Shown here in pieces: positions 25,467 to 36,417 of a stretch of DNA of 64,000 nucleotides. Under the pieces are notes generated by a model, which saw only the letters and a program-made list of their open reading frames with translations, ran no database searches and had not been told where the DNA came from. This stretch comes from Selaginella moellendorffii (lineage: Eukaryota > Plantae > Lycopodiophyta): contig NW_003314303.1 in NCBI RefSeq assembly GCF_000143415.4, positions 780,613 to 844,612 of the forward strand, in the 5' to 3' direction. How positions within the stretch are numbered: the stretch's first letter is position 1; each line of letters starts with the position of its first letter. Position numbers and translations under genes: made by a program.

Positions 25467-26111
25467 CTTTTTTGACCGGCTAGTATATAAGTCCATGTGG
25501 TCACCAGCACAGTAGACGAGCGTTGAGCGTGTGCTTGCCATCTACATACTTTCCTGCTTAGCAGCTTGCTTTATGCGTTTGTGACTTTCCAGCTTCTCTT
25601 TGTTTTCTAGTCATAGCACCGTCGTGGAGGGCAGAGTCTTCTTGTTAGACGAGCTTAGTAGCACACACCAATCGTCACCTTAGATCAGCGCTCTGTTTTG
25701 AGCAAGCTTCTGGTCTGAGCGTCTCTCGCATCCTCTTTCTTCCGACTGCCAGTCGCTTCTGGGCGCTCGCTCAGCAGGTAGTTTGCCAATGTCGAAGACA
25801 TTGTGTAACTTTACTTTGTTCTGGATTTATAGGTTCACGGGACAGCTGGAAATCGGTTTCCCACTTTTATTTGTGATCAAGCAGGCTGCCTGGATCTTTT
25901 GCTTTATCACAGCGGGCGGCAGGCGAGAGCAACATACAGTATTGATCAACAATACCAGGTACTTTGAATATGGCGAAGACATTTGGTGTTTTTTCAAACG
26001 CATTGACTTTCTTCTTTTCTTTTCTAGATTAAACAGGCCGTAGGCTTGGTTATAGTCTGCTGGAAATTGGCGCTAAGCACTGCTCTCTCTTGCGCGCGCT
26101 CGCGGTGTGTG

Positions 26112-26115
<4 letters not shown>

Positions 26116-26150
<35 letters not shown>
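26116..26150. repeat. (CT)n microsatellite
   Basis: Perfect CT run. Confidence 0.95.
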
Positions 26151-26152
<2 letters not shown>

Positions 26153-26337
26153 GGTGTGTGATTGGTTGGTCGATTTCAACCTTTCTAGCATCATGCTCTG
26201 TATCTTCCTTGCGTGTTTGGTTATTTTGTTCCTGCTTAAATCGCTTTGTGCCTAAAATCCTGAGAGGTTTCTCCCATACTTATTTTCTTGCTAGAAGCTG
26301 ACTGAATATTTGTGCAGTTGAGATCTCTCATTGCATC

Positions 26338-27384
26338 ATGGAAACAAAGAGCAGGAAAAGGCAGAGTTTAAGCATTGGATCCACCAGTGATAATACTCAA
26401 GTGACCCAACAAGCATTAACTCCATTTCACGAGGCATTAATTAATATTTCTATTCCTAAGCAATGCTTCAAAACCCCAAACAGCTCCACAAGGTAAGTAT
26501 TTTTTTCTAACAATGCTTTTCTAGTTATTGGGTTTTCATCTTAGGAATCCAAATTTAACTCTCACTCAGATTGAAACGCTTGAAGCTAATCACATTAATC
26601 CTTATGAAGAGCTTCAATTTGTAAATGATTGGGATGGTTGTGATAATCTAATCGATGATCTTCTTAAACAAAGCAAACGAGTTCTTAGTGATTTTGAGGT
26701 AATTATTTTTTTTATTTTTCTCAATTGACAAATTATTTACTATAGGTTCCAAATATTCAAACTTATATACTACCACTTGTGGATGAAGAAAGCATACGAT
26801 GTTTTCTTCATCCTTATTTTGGATTAAGCTCAATTGGTGCTCAAGAATATTTTCTAAGGACATCAAATACTAATCTTAACTTAGGATGGACGATTATATC
26901 TGAGCAAAGTATGGGATATACCTTTTATTTAAAACCTGATTTTGGCTTATTCACCCAAAGGATAAATGCTAGATCTAATTTCACACATTTTGTTCCTGGA
27001 TATTCAATAGCCGAGGGTAAAATATTTAAAAATATTGCCCACGGTAAGTATTTGTTTTCTCTTGAAATTTATAAGGGCTAATATATTTTTACAGATGAAA
27101 ATACAAGTCTCTCTTATTTATTTGAAGTAAGAACGGAAACAGCAGATGCTCTTAATCAAATTTATAGATACATGCTTTACAACAAAATGACTTATTCAAC
27201 TCTTGTAACTGATAAATGTATTTGGTTATTAAGAAAAGTTGGAAAAAATCTTGTCAAGTTTCATTTTTCTTGTATTAATACATTTGATTTTCTGTTTCAG
27301 GCAAGTAGAGGGTATAACATCAATGATAAGCACATCAAAATGACGGAAGCATTTTACGCTTTAAGCTTACTATCTGTAACATAG
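26338..27384 (+). CDS. Putative PD-(D/E)xK nuclease-fold protein (exons 26338-26492, 26545-26698, 26746-27043, 27095-27252, 27301-27384; ~282 aa)
   Basis: GT-AG introns join the exons in frame with no stops; LKPDF...IAEGK...ALNQIYRYM...YSTLVTDKCIWLLRK; N-terminal KSRKR basic patch; TATATAA at ~25484. Confidence 0.7.
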
Positions 27385-27473
27385 GAGCTTAAGCTGTAGA
27401 AACACTCTTAATAAATAGTTTAGTTTTCATCAAAGTCTCGCCATTCCTTATCTTCGTGACTTGGTTCTTGACG

Positions 27474-27827
27474 ATGCAAGCGATAACTCCTAGCGAAGCA
27501 GCGGGATTTGCTGTGGGCGGCCTTCTCCTCGCCGCTGCTCTTGCGGCCCCAAGAGTGGACAATTACATTGCCCGCTCGCAGCGAAGGTATCAATCCTTTC
27601 TCTTCTCAAAGTCTTGTTTGTAAAAATGCAAGCTCAGATCTCTCGGGCTCTGTGAAGACTGCGGTGGATTGAAGAGGAAGGCTTGCGGGAAATGCAAAGG
27701 CCGGGGGGAGCTAAGACCCCAGCTTGCAATCTTCGATCAAGGCGCCACAGGAGAAAAGTGTAGAGAATGTATGGGTCGAGGCTACTTTCCATGCACTGCC
27801 TGCTCAGCTTCCCAAGCTCCGAAGTGA
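27474..27827 (+). CDS. Small DnaJ-type zinc-finger protein with N-terminal hydrophobic segment (2 exons)
   Basis: CEDCGG..CGKCKGRG..CRECMGRG..CTAC after GFAVGGLLLAAALAAPRVD. Confidence 0.85.
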
Positions 27828-27956
27828 AAATCTCACTGAATTAACATAGCCAGCTGCTCAAGAACAAAGCTCGCGTTCTATCGCTCAAGGTCTATCCACA
27901 AGAGCACACAGCAAAGTCAGTTGTGAATGACCACTGGCGGGAGTTTTTCTACCTGG

Positions 27957-29152
27957 TCAGTCCTGTTCTTTCTCCACGAGCATGCTCTTGACGTGGTTCT
28001 TGCCCCTGAGTTCCTTGTTGAGGAAGCTCGACCTGTACTGCCCGAATGTCATGGAGGTGTACCTCGATGGCTGCCTAGGATTCACAAAGTTGGCCGCAGG
28101 AGATACGAGTGTATCGGGCAGCGGGCTGTGAAACATTGCCAACGATATGCGTTCTTTGCTCTCGGTCTTCACCACGGCTCGGTGCTCGACGCTCTTGTAG
28201 AGGCCATTGGTTATTATCTGCGAAGAAAAAGAGGTAAGAAATTGAGGAAAATTCTAGTACCTCAATCTGATCTGCAAGGTTCACCACAAAAGCCTCCGGA
28301 TCAGCCTGGACTTGGACCCATTTGCCATTTTTCCTGACCTGAAGGCCTTCGACGTCGTCTTGGAGCAGTATAGTGATACCTCCGGGATCAGAATGAGGAC
28401 TCAGTCCCATGACGCGGTCAGGCTGTGGACACGGAGGGTAATGGTTTACCCGAATAGTCTGGTAGATGCACTCTCCAAACTTTTTCTCCAGGAAGTCGGA
28501 CTCAAGGCCAAGCGTCTCTGAAATCTTTCCAAGGAGGCATTTTGCAAGTCCATGCACCTCGTTGGAGTACTCGTGTAGCACGGTCCTAAGCACCACATGT
28601 AAAGGGGCCGATAATAAAATTAGAACAGAGAGTACCTGTAAGACTCGGGCTTGGTAGGCCAGGAAGACAAGTTCCGAGTGGAGATGGGGAGCAATTGGTG
28701 ATAGAGAAGATCAACCCAGTCGAGCACATCCGACGCAAGGAAATGCCTCCCGTAGCCTTCACAGCTCCCTGGCTTTATCGCAAACTCCAGCTTCTCCTCG
28801 TGAGACAAATGGAAAAACTGTCGAGCAGCTTCTCGGACTCTTTCGAGCAAGGAAATTGGGATATCATGATTTACAACCTGAAAGTTTCATGTCAAGACAA
28901 AGGCGATAAAAAATTACTAAGGAGTACCTGGAAAAATCCCCACTCTGCACAAGCTGCTCCTAGCTTCGCCAATTCTGAAGGATCATTCCGTAGTAACTTC
29001 CCGTGATCGATGATCGGCAAGCTCTCTTCGAAAGGAGCTGACACACGGGAATCAAGCGAGCGCTGAAGAAAGCGTGAAGGCACTTCTTCGAGGCCATTCT
29101 GTACCAAAGCCTGCACGGAAATTGGAGGCTGCGACTGCACAACCAGAGCCAT
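27957..29152 (-). CDS. 2-oxoglutarate/Fe(II) dioxygenase (DOXC class), 4 exons
   Basis: ACAEWGFFQ, NHYPPCPQP, HSDPG, SVEHR, RIS motif. Confidence 0.93.
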
Positions 29153-29603
29153 TTACAAGAACTTCTATAAGGGAAGCTTTCAGCACTCCGCACTTGTTTA
29201 AGAAGCATGCGACCGCAACTGTAGACTAGAAGACTAGGCTCACGATTTCCTTGTGAAGAATCATCATAAACATCACAATGGATTCTTTTAAATGGTATCA
29301 TATTTACCTGTGGGGCTCTGAAGCAAATGTTGTGGCTCAGCATCAGATAGGCCACGTACACGGTCCCATCCCATATACGACTTTTCATCGATGCCACGAT
29401 CGTCAATCAGTGTACGAAGTCTCTCCCAGTAGAGATTCGGCATTAAGCTGTATAGAAATAGTAAACCGAGTTTCGTCAATCGATGCTCACGACGTCGAAA
29501 CCATAAAAATCGTCCTTCAATTGCACACTTCCAGGCGCGGGTCCGACATTTTTTGGATGCTTGCTGTGAGCTTCGTTGTCATACGCCTGTAAATGAGTCC
29601 ATG

Positions 29604-30325
29604 TTAGAAGCACGGGACCATAAAGCTAAAAAGCACCTCTTCAGCTGCTACCAATTCAGGATTTAGCGCCTGAAGCTTCTGCTTTAGTTCTTCCAACCGC
29701 GAAAATCCTGCGACAGAAGTTTGCTCGACCTGCTCAAACACACCATTAGCAAAAACCTTGACAAGATGTAACCAACCAAACGGCTGAGATCGTCACAAAG
29801 CTTTTGTTTTTCCTCTTCTTCAGCCTGCAATGCAGTTTGTGCCGCTTCCCATTGCTGTACACCTTTGAGAAGCAAGTCCTATGTAATAAATATCGTGACT
29901 TCACCTTCTTCGCATTCTCTTCTTTCAATTTAGCCTTTCGAATTTTCGCTCCCGACATTTCGATTTTATTCCGTAGGTGTTCAAGGGCTGCATAAGAAGG
30001 AAGATTACTCAAAGACTAAAAGACAAGAACTCACCCGCTTTTCTCGGGCCAACAGTAAGTTTTATTTGCAACGAAAGCTCAGCCAGCTCTTTCTCAAAAT
30101 TGTGGATCTTCAAGTAATTGTCTTGTATATACCTGTAGAGACTTTCAGAAAAGAGAATAATAAGCCCTCTTACTTTCTCAGCTCCAGCTCCTTTTCCTCA
30201 AGAACCTGTTTCAGACAATGCTTGAAAGAGAAGAGAGGAAAACACGGTCTCTGAAACTGGATCTGAACTAAGATCGATCTTACCTTCTCACCGTACGAGA
30301 TAGAAGGGGAATCCTGTGTCGCCAT
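29604..30325 (-). CDS. DUF662/RAB6-interacting golgin-like coiled-coil protein
   Basis: Spliced: YIQDNYLKIHNFEKELAEL..LTVGPRKAALEHLRNKIEMS..EEEKQKLCDDL. Confidence 0.75.
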
Positions 30326-30367
30326 TTGACTCAAACCTCAACTCAAAGCAAACAAAAGAAAGTATTA

Positions 30368-31774
30368 TCAGGGTGGAGACCATGCCCCAGATAGAAACAA
30401 TTCTCTGAAACGAGATCCTAGTGCTACAACATAAAAAACTGTGAAAGAATACCGTCAGATCCCTTGTTATAGGAATTTCTTTGATAGATATCACCTGGAA
30501 TTCCGGGTACCGTGCAATCTGGTTTTGCAAGTACTGTTTGCAGCGTGCAGTTCTCGTCAACTTTCACCCAATATTTACGCAGATCTAGAAAGACTTGCAC
30601 ATTTAGTTTTGTCAGCAATCCAGCTTTACCTGTTTCTTTTGTTTCATCCTGGTCAAAATCATCTGTGTGATCTAGCATTGATCTCAAAGCTGCTTTTCTT
30701 GATAACGGTGCAACAGCGTTTGCCTGATTGTCCAAATGTAACAGCAGCTTTAAGAAAACAAACAAAGCAGACCTGGTAATATAGTTCAATACGATCCCTT
30801 GTGTATTCGTGCTTCTCATCCCAAGGAAGGGAAGCATCTCCAAACATCTAATTTCACGGGAAAAAACTGTAAGAACGAGGATGTGATAGTTAAAAGAATA
30901 CTCTTTGCAAGTGAGGTTTGAACTTGTCGAACTCCATGAAGTCCTCAATCAAGTCGCTCGACATGACTTCCCCATATAGCAGCAAAACAGGCCAGTGTAG
31001 AACATTGCTAGTGTCTAGCCAAGGCTTCTTGGCACCACAGAGCTCTTTGTACAAGTGACTCCCCAGCTTGACGTGCCTTTGCTCTAAACAAGTGACAAAG
31101 TCCTGGACAATCAAACAAGTGAGAAATCAAAACACAATGAGAGCTTTCTCACCTCTGCCTCCTTGACATGAATCTTACGTTCGTTCGACCTTTTCAATCT
31201 AGTTTCTGCCTGATCCTTCAAGTTTCTAAGCTCCAGGTTGTGAGGTTCCACGTCCAAAGCTTTTGTACAAAGCTGGGAAGCTCGTTCGAGCAAATCAAGC
31301 TCCAGCGCGGCCTTGGAGCCACGAAAGTAGGCCTGCCAAGCAAGAGATAAGTGCAACCACCAACCATCATCAATCACTGTACCAGAGTACCTTCACATTC
31401 GTAGGATTGAGCTCAATCGCTTGCTCGGCATCGTTCAATGCGCGCCTATAATTCCCCAGCAGCAAATTCACATGCGCCCTGTTCGCAAAGAGCACCGAGT
31501 TTTGCAATGGATCATCAATCCTCTGCTCGATCGCGCGTGTGTAGCAGTCCACAGCATCCTTGTACCCGGACTTCCCTTTCTTCACACACGCATTTCCCTG
31601 CTCCTATGGACGATCGAACTAAAATCTCAAATCCTCGCAAACTCGAACAAAGAAGACAATGCATCCTACCCTGAGCTCCAATACGGCGGTCTCGCGAAGC
31701 GCATCGATCGCGGCCAAGTCGTTCCTCTCCTCGTCGCTCAGCGCCTCGCCGCGGCCCTGGAACAAGAGCGCCAT
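30368..31774 (-). CDS. TTC4/Cns1-like TPR co-chaperone
   Basis: EQGN..DAVDCYTRAI, ANRAHVNLLLGNYRRAL, LHWPVLLLY, VPGIPVFYVV..WSPP*. Confidence 0.88.
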
Positions 31775-31969
31775 AGCCAGGCAAAATATTTCCAACCCCT
31801 AAACCCTAAAACACGAAAACCATTGAGCCAAGAATTTGTCTTTGATGGAAGTTAGTAAAGGAAGAAAGAAAGAACCATTGACAATTTGTGATTCCTACGC
31901 TCTCCCTCTTTTCCCCTAAAGAACTCCTACAGCTAAAATCTGATGTACACATATCAAACCCATTCTCTT

Positions 31970-32844
31970 CTAGTCATCATCCTCGTCCTCCTCTTCATTC
32001 TGGAAAAAAACTATGTGTTAGATCACAAAATCGCACAAGATCACGCGCAAAATCATAGAAGTTCTACCTCAGCACTGCCTTCTTCCTCGTTTTCCTTCGA
32101 ATCTTCTTGCTCCTCGTCATCCTGACAAGGACGAGACGACCGAAGTCGAGAAAACTGCAAAGATTCGTCAAAAATCTTACTTGTTTCTTCTTGTAAGCGG
32201 CCATGGACTCGGCGTAATCGGCCCGGAGCTGGGCGGCCTTGTTGACGTACACGGCCTTTTCCTGGAAGATCAAACAGTGGAGATCAGATCACTGCGAAGA
32301 AAGAAAAAATGGAGAACAAAGAATACTCACACTTTCGCTCATCTTACTCCACTTATCACCAGCGGCCTTTCCAACCTGCGAGGGAAGAGTGAGCGTCAAG
32401 AGAAGTTTTTCGAAACACTCAAGGAAGAGAAAAGAGGTCTACCGCTGCGACGCCTTTGACATCCGGATGATCTTCCTTGTACTGTTGCCGAAAGCTTTCC
32501 CTGTGAAAAAAGAGAACTTGAGAACTCGAATCGAATCCAAAGCGTGGAAGAGCGAAAAAACTTACAGGAAGACGAAGAATGCCGTGGGGGGACGCTTTGG
32601 GAGATTGGGGTCCTTGCTCGCCTTCTTTTCCTTCTTCTTTTGCTTCTTGGTGGCCTTCCCGTCCTTCACAGCGAGCTTCTTCCTGGCAAGGAAAGAAAAA
32701 AAGAGAGCATCAGTGATCACACCCCTGGAGAAGAAGAACAAGGAAAAAAATCGCCTACTCTTTCTCAGGCTTCGCGTCCTTGCCGTCCTTCTTCTTTGTC
32801 GAGCCCAAAGGCCGCCCTCGTCCCCTGGTACTGGCCTCTTTCAT
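31970..32844 (-). CDS. HMGB: HMGB protein (basic N-terminus, HMG box, acidic tail)
   Basis: KDPNLPKRPPTAFFVF..VGKAAGDKWSKMS..EKAVY; D/E-rich tail. Confidence 0.92.
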
Positions 32845-33762
32845 CTTGAAAGCTCGACAGCCGCGATCTACAAGCAACCGAGAAAAAAACGATCCAGCTC
32901 CATCAAAACCGCGACGATTTGAGGACATTTCTCTCGATCTTGGAGGAGAAAAAAGCTCCAGCAAAAACGGGAGGAAGAAACCCACCTCAAAGCGAAACCG
33001 AGCGAAAAAACGATGAGCTGCTGCGTGGAAGACACAAAGACGAAGACGATCACAGCACAAACCCAAGCTGCTCAAACGCCGCCATAGCCACGCCGCAAGA
33101 GGAGAGAGCGAGGGAGACGCTAAGAACAAAGAAGAGAGATGAGGGTTTGGCAGCGAAGGAGGCCCGTGTATGACGGGCACGAGTGACGAGCCTGCCCGTC
33201 GCCGGCGACGGGCAGCGCATTGCTGGCAACGCCTGGGGCGCTGGATGGCCCCAAGCAACGGTCCGATCCGGGGTCCTGGCAGGGAGATTTTTTGCCTTCA
33301 CTCTCGCTATAAAAACCGGCCGTTGATCCCCCCAGCGCATGGACACCTTGAAGTGTTTCCTAGCCCTTCAGATTTATGTAAGCGCCACCGGCTGTAGCCG
33401 GTCACCATCGGCGGGCTTTCAAAATGGGCTTTACCCGGAGGTTTAAGAGTAGCCGGTGGACGCGACCGGCTGGCCGGAGCTTTATTTGGATGTGAAATCG
33501 AGAGCACAACAAAAGTGGCGGGAAGAAATGCGCGCCATCTCGCGTTACAAAAATTTGATTTTATTTCTCTCTCTTCTCTTCGCGGAAAAGATTCCCATGG
33601 CATATCCGGCTAATCTTTCTACTTAGCCAAATTGTTTTCATCATCGTCGTGATAGAGATAGAGTGGTTCTATCTTTTTATATAGTTCTTCGCTGCTCGAG
33701 CTCGTCTAATCCATTTCCATCGATCGAATGGAGGAAGAAAAAAAAATCTCTCCCACTTCCTC

Positions 33763-34734
33763 TCACGCTTTACAGTGATCGCGCTCCGCCACCTTGCCGT
33801 TCTTCGTGGAGTGGTGACCCCGGAACGAAAACCCAAGCCGTCGCTGCCATGAATTCGCAGCGCTCGCATTCGTCCCGGGATGATTCGAGTTGGAGCAACT
33901 TAGACCCTGCTGCTGGTGATGATCCTGCTCGTGATCCACAAAAACAGCCGACTCCATCTCGATCTGGGCGATTCGCACAGTCCCTAGCAATCTCTCCGGG
34001 AGCTCCTCCTCGGCCTGCGACTCTACCAAGAATCCCATATCTACAACCACGGAGCTAACGTAGCCTAGAGCCAAGTGGAGGATGTAAGTCGCGACTGTGG
34101 ACGATCCGATATCAACGTCGATCTCCAGATAGTTCGGGCCCCGGATGTAGTGACAAGTGAGAGCTTTCCCGAGCAAGCAAGCCGCGTGATTCCCCACAGT
34201 GGCCTTGACGATCCAGGGACCACGAACGATCCTGTTGATGAGCTTGAATCTACTGTTCCGGAACCCATCATCTTCGTGGATGAATCTGTAGAGCAGCGAC
34301 CCCGGTGCGATTGGATCGTCGGTGGCGTAGTAGAACACGGCGCTGTAGTTCTCCTTCCCTGGAACTTGCAAGTTGACGGCGAAGACGAAGGACTTGAGAC
34401 CCTCCCTCTGTGCCTGCGCTAGATCTAGAGCTCGCCTGACCCTGTTGTCCGGGCGGGCGAGGACGTGATCCAGCTTCCCGTGCGATCGAAGCCAATCCAC
34501 GCCCAGTGGCTTCATCACGCACTCGCCCGCCGCGGCCTTGACCCTCTTGGCGAAGTAATTGTGGCCACGAACCTGGAATGCGCTGCCGGGAGGCGCCGCC
34601 CAGCCATTCGTGCCGGCGTCGAGATCTACGATCTCGCGCAGCGATCCGCCGCTCCTCACGCCCGCCTTCCAATCCCTAATCTCGCCGCGGCGGCGCTCCT
34701 CCTCGCCGCGGGATTCTTGCGTAACCCCGGTCAT
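33763..34734 (-). CDS. DUF1336 (EDR2 C-terminal-like) protein, intronless
   Basis: GWAAPPGSAFQVRG, RNSRFKLINRIVRGPWIV, YLEIDVDIGSS, ELPERLLG. Confidence 0.92.
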   Translation of the reverse strand: MTGVTQESRGEEERRRGEIRDWKAGVRSGGSLREIVDLDAGTNGWAAPPGSAFQVRGHNYFAKRVKAAAGECVMKPLGVDWLRSHGKLDHVLARPDNRVRRALDLAQAQREGLKSFVFAVNLQVPGKENYSAVFYYATDDPIAPGSLLYRFIHEDDGFRNSRFKLINRIVRGPWIVKATVGNHAACLLGKALTCHYIRGPNYLEIDVDIGSSTVATYILHLALGYVSSVVVDMGFLVESQAEEELPERLLGTVRIAQIEMESAVFVDHEQDHHQQQGLSCSNSNHPGTNASAANSWQRRLGFSFRGHHSTKNGKVAERDHCKA

Positions 34735-35029
34735 GGCGAGGGCGAGGCGAAATTCCCAGATTTCCAGCCGCCGCGCTACATCCTAGAGCAAGATCAAGGA
34801 AAAAAGAGTGATGGATTGGAATCGCTGGGCGCCGAGGTGAATCAAACAACGCACCTCTTGACGTGCATTCCCATTGGCGCCCCGGAAGAAGAACCCTAGT
34901 CGCTTGTTAAGGAGCCCTTGGCTCTGGCCGGGATCCCAATGTGCTGCCACGTCATTGACACGTCATAACAGATCCCAGTGACGTCAGCACATTTCAAACA
35001 AAAGAGTCCATGGAAGATCGAGCAAATAG

Positions 35030-36279
35030 ATGGAAGAGAAGAAGGCTAGGGTTCTTGTGACCGGAGGGAGCGGCTTCCTTGGCGGAGCTCTCATCCGCGC
35101 GTTGCTGCGGTCCGGTCGCTACGAAATACGCGCGCTGGTGAGGAGGATCGGCAGCGTCGCCGCGGATTTCGATCCGGAGCTGCTCTCCGGCGGGCTGGAA
35201 TTCGTCGCTGGCGATGTCTTGGATCTCGAATCGCTCGTCCGTGCCTGCGATGGCTGCCAGGCCGTAATCCATGTCGCGGCATACGTCAAGAGCTGGGCAC
35301 CGGATCCCGCGCGCTTCTTTCAGGTATGGCTTAGGGCGCGGGATTGTCGCTGGTGATCGAAATTTCGAAATTTCCTTCAGGTCAATGTGGGAGGCCTCAA
35401 GAATGTGATCGAAGCTGTCAAGGCTACCGCATCGATCACAAAGCTCGTCTACACGTCCTCGTTCTTTGCTCTCGGGCCATCGAAATATGGTGAAGTTGCC
35501 GATGAACAGCAGGTTTGTCTTCCCTTATCTCACCACAATTTTTTCATTTCTTCTCGCTCCAGGTCCATTCCGGGAAGAACTTTTGCACAGAGTATGAGAG
35601 ATCCAAGCTGGAAGCCGATATAGTCGCACGGAATTCCGAGGTGCCTATAGTTCTTCTCTACCCGGGAGTGATATATGGATCCGGACGAATCACTCGAGGC
35701 AACATCATCGCGGACATTGTAAGTTCTTCGCAAACGATTCACACTCGTGAAGATGCAAAGACTTTCTCCATTTTGCAGCTCATAGAACGGTTCAACTGGC
35801 GTCTACCCGGCTACATCGGATTCGGGCATGACAAGTTCTCGTTTTGTCACGTCGAGGACGTTGCTGCCGGGCACATCGCAGCGCTCGAGAAAGGTGCTCC
35901 CGGCGAGAGATTCATCCTCGGCGGCCCAAACAAATCCCTCGAGGACGTGTTTAACATCTCCGCGAGCTTGACAGGCACCAGAAGGCCGTGGTTCCACATA
36001 CCACTCTGGTTAGTCTACGTCTATGGCTACGTCTCGACCGTCTTTGCTCGGATCACTGGCGTAGAGCCTGTTGTGACGCATCCGGTAAGTCTTCCAAATC
36101 ATCCTTTCCACCTCTCGATCTAAGCTTTGATCTTCCAGGCAGTCTTGGTGATAAAGCAGCAATGGGCCTACTCGAGTGCCAAAGCCGAGAGACTCCTGGG
36201 CTACAAACCAAGATCTCTGGAAGACGGACTGGCGGAAATGCTCGTCTTTCTCAAAGACAGGCAGCTCATTACGTACTGA
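35030..36279 (+). CDS. NAD(P)-dependent epimerase/dehydratase, farnesol dehydrogenase-like
   Basis: VLVTGGSGFLG, YTSSFFALG, YERSK, PGVIYG. Confidence 0.88.
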
Positions 36280-36417
36280 AAATCTGGAGACAAAGCCATT
36301 AACGGAAACAAAACCATGGACATATCGAAACAAGAAAATTTGCGTCGATCTAAGCTGCGTACTTACTTCACGACGATATCGCTCCCGCCAAAACCAATCC
36401 TGTTGTGCGTGGGTGGA

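Noticed and set aside
22440-27470. Helitron or CACTA boundaries around the nuclease island
   Set aside because: No convincing TIR, TSD or hairpin-CTRR end found by eye
5874-36279. Biosynthetic or detox gene cluster (GST, UGT, epoxide hydrolase, 2OGD, SDR)
   Set aside because: No scaffold enzyme, interspersed with housekeeping genes, all from large families
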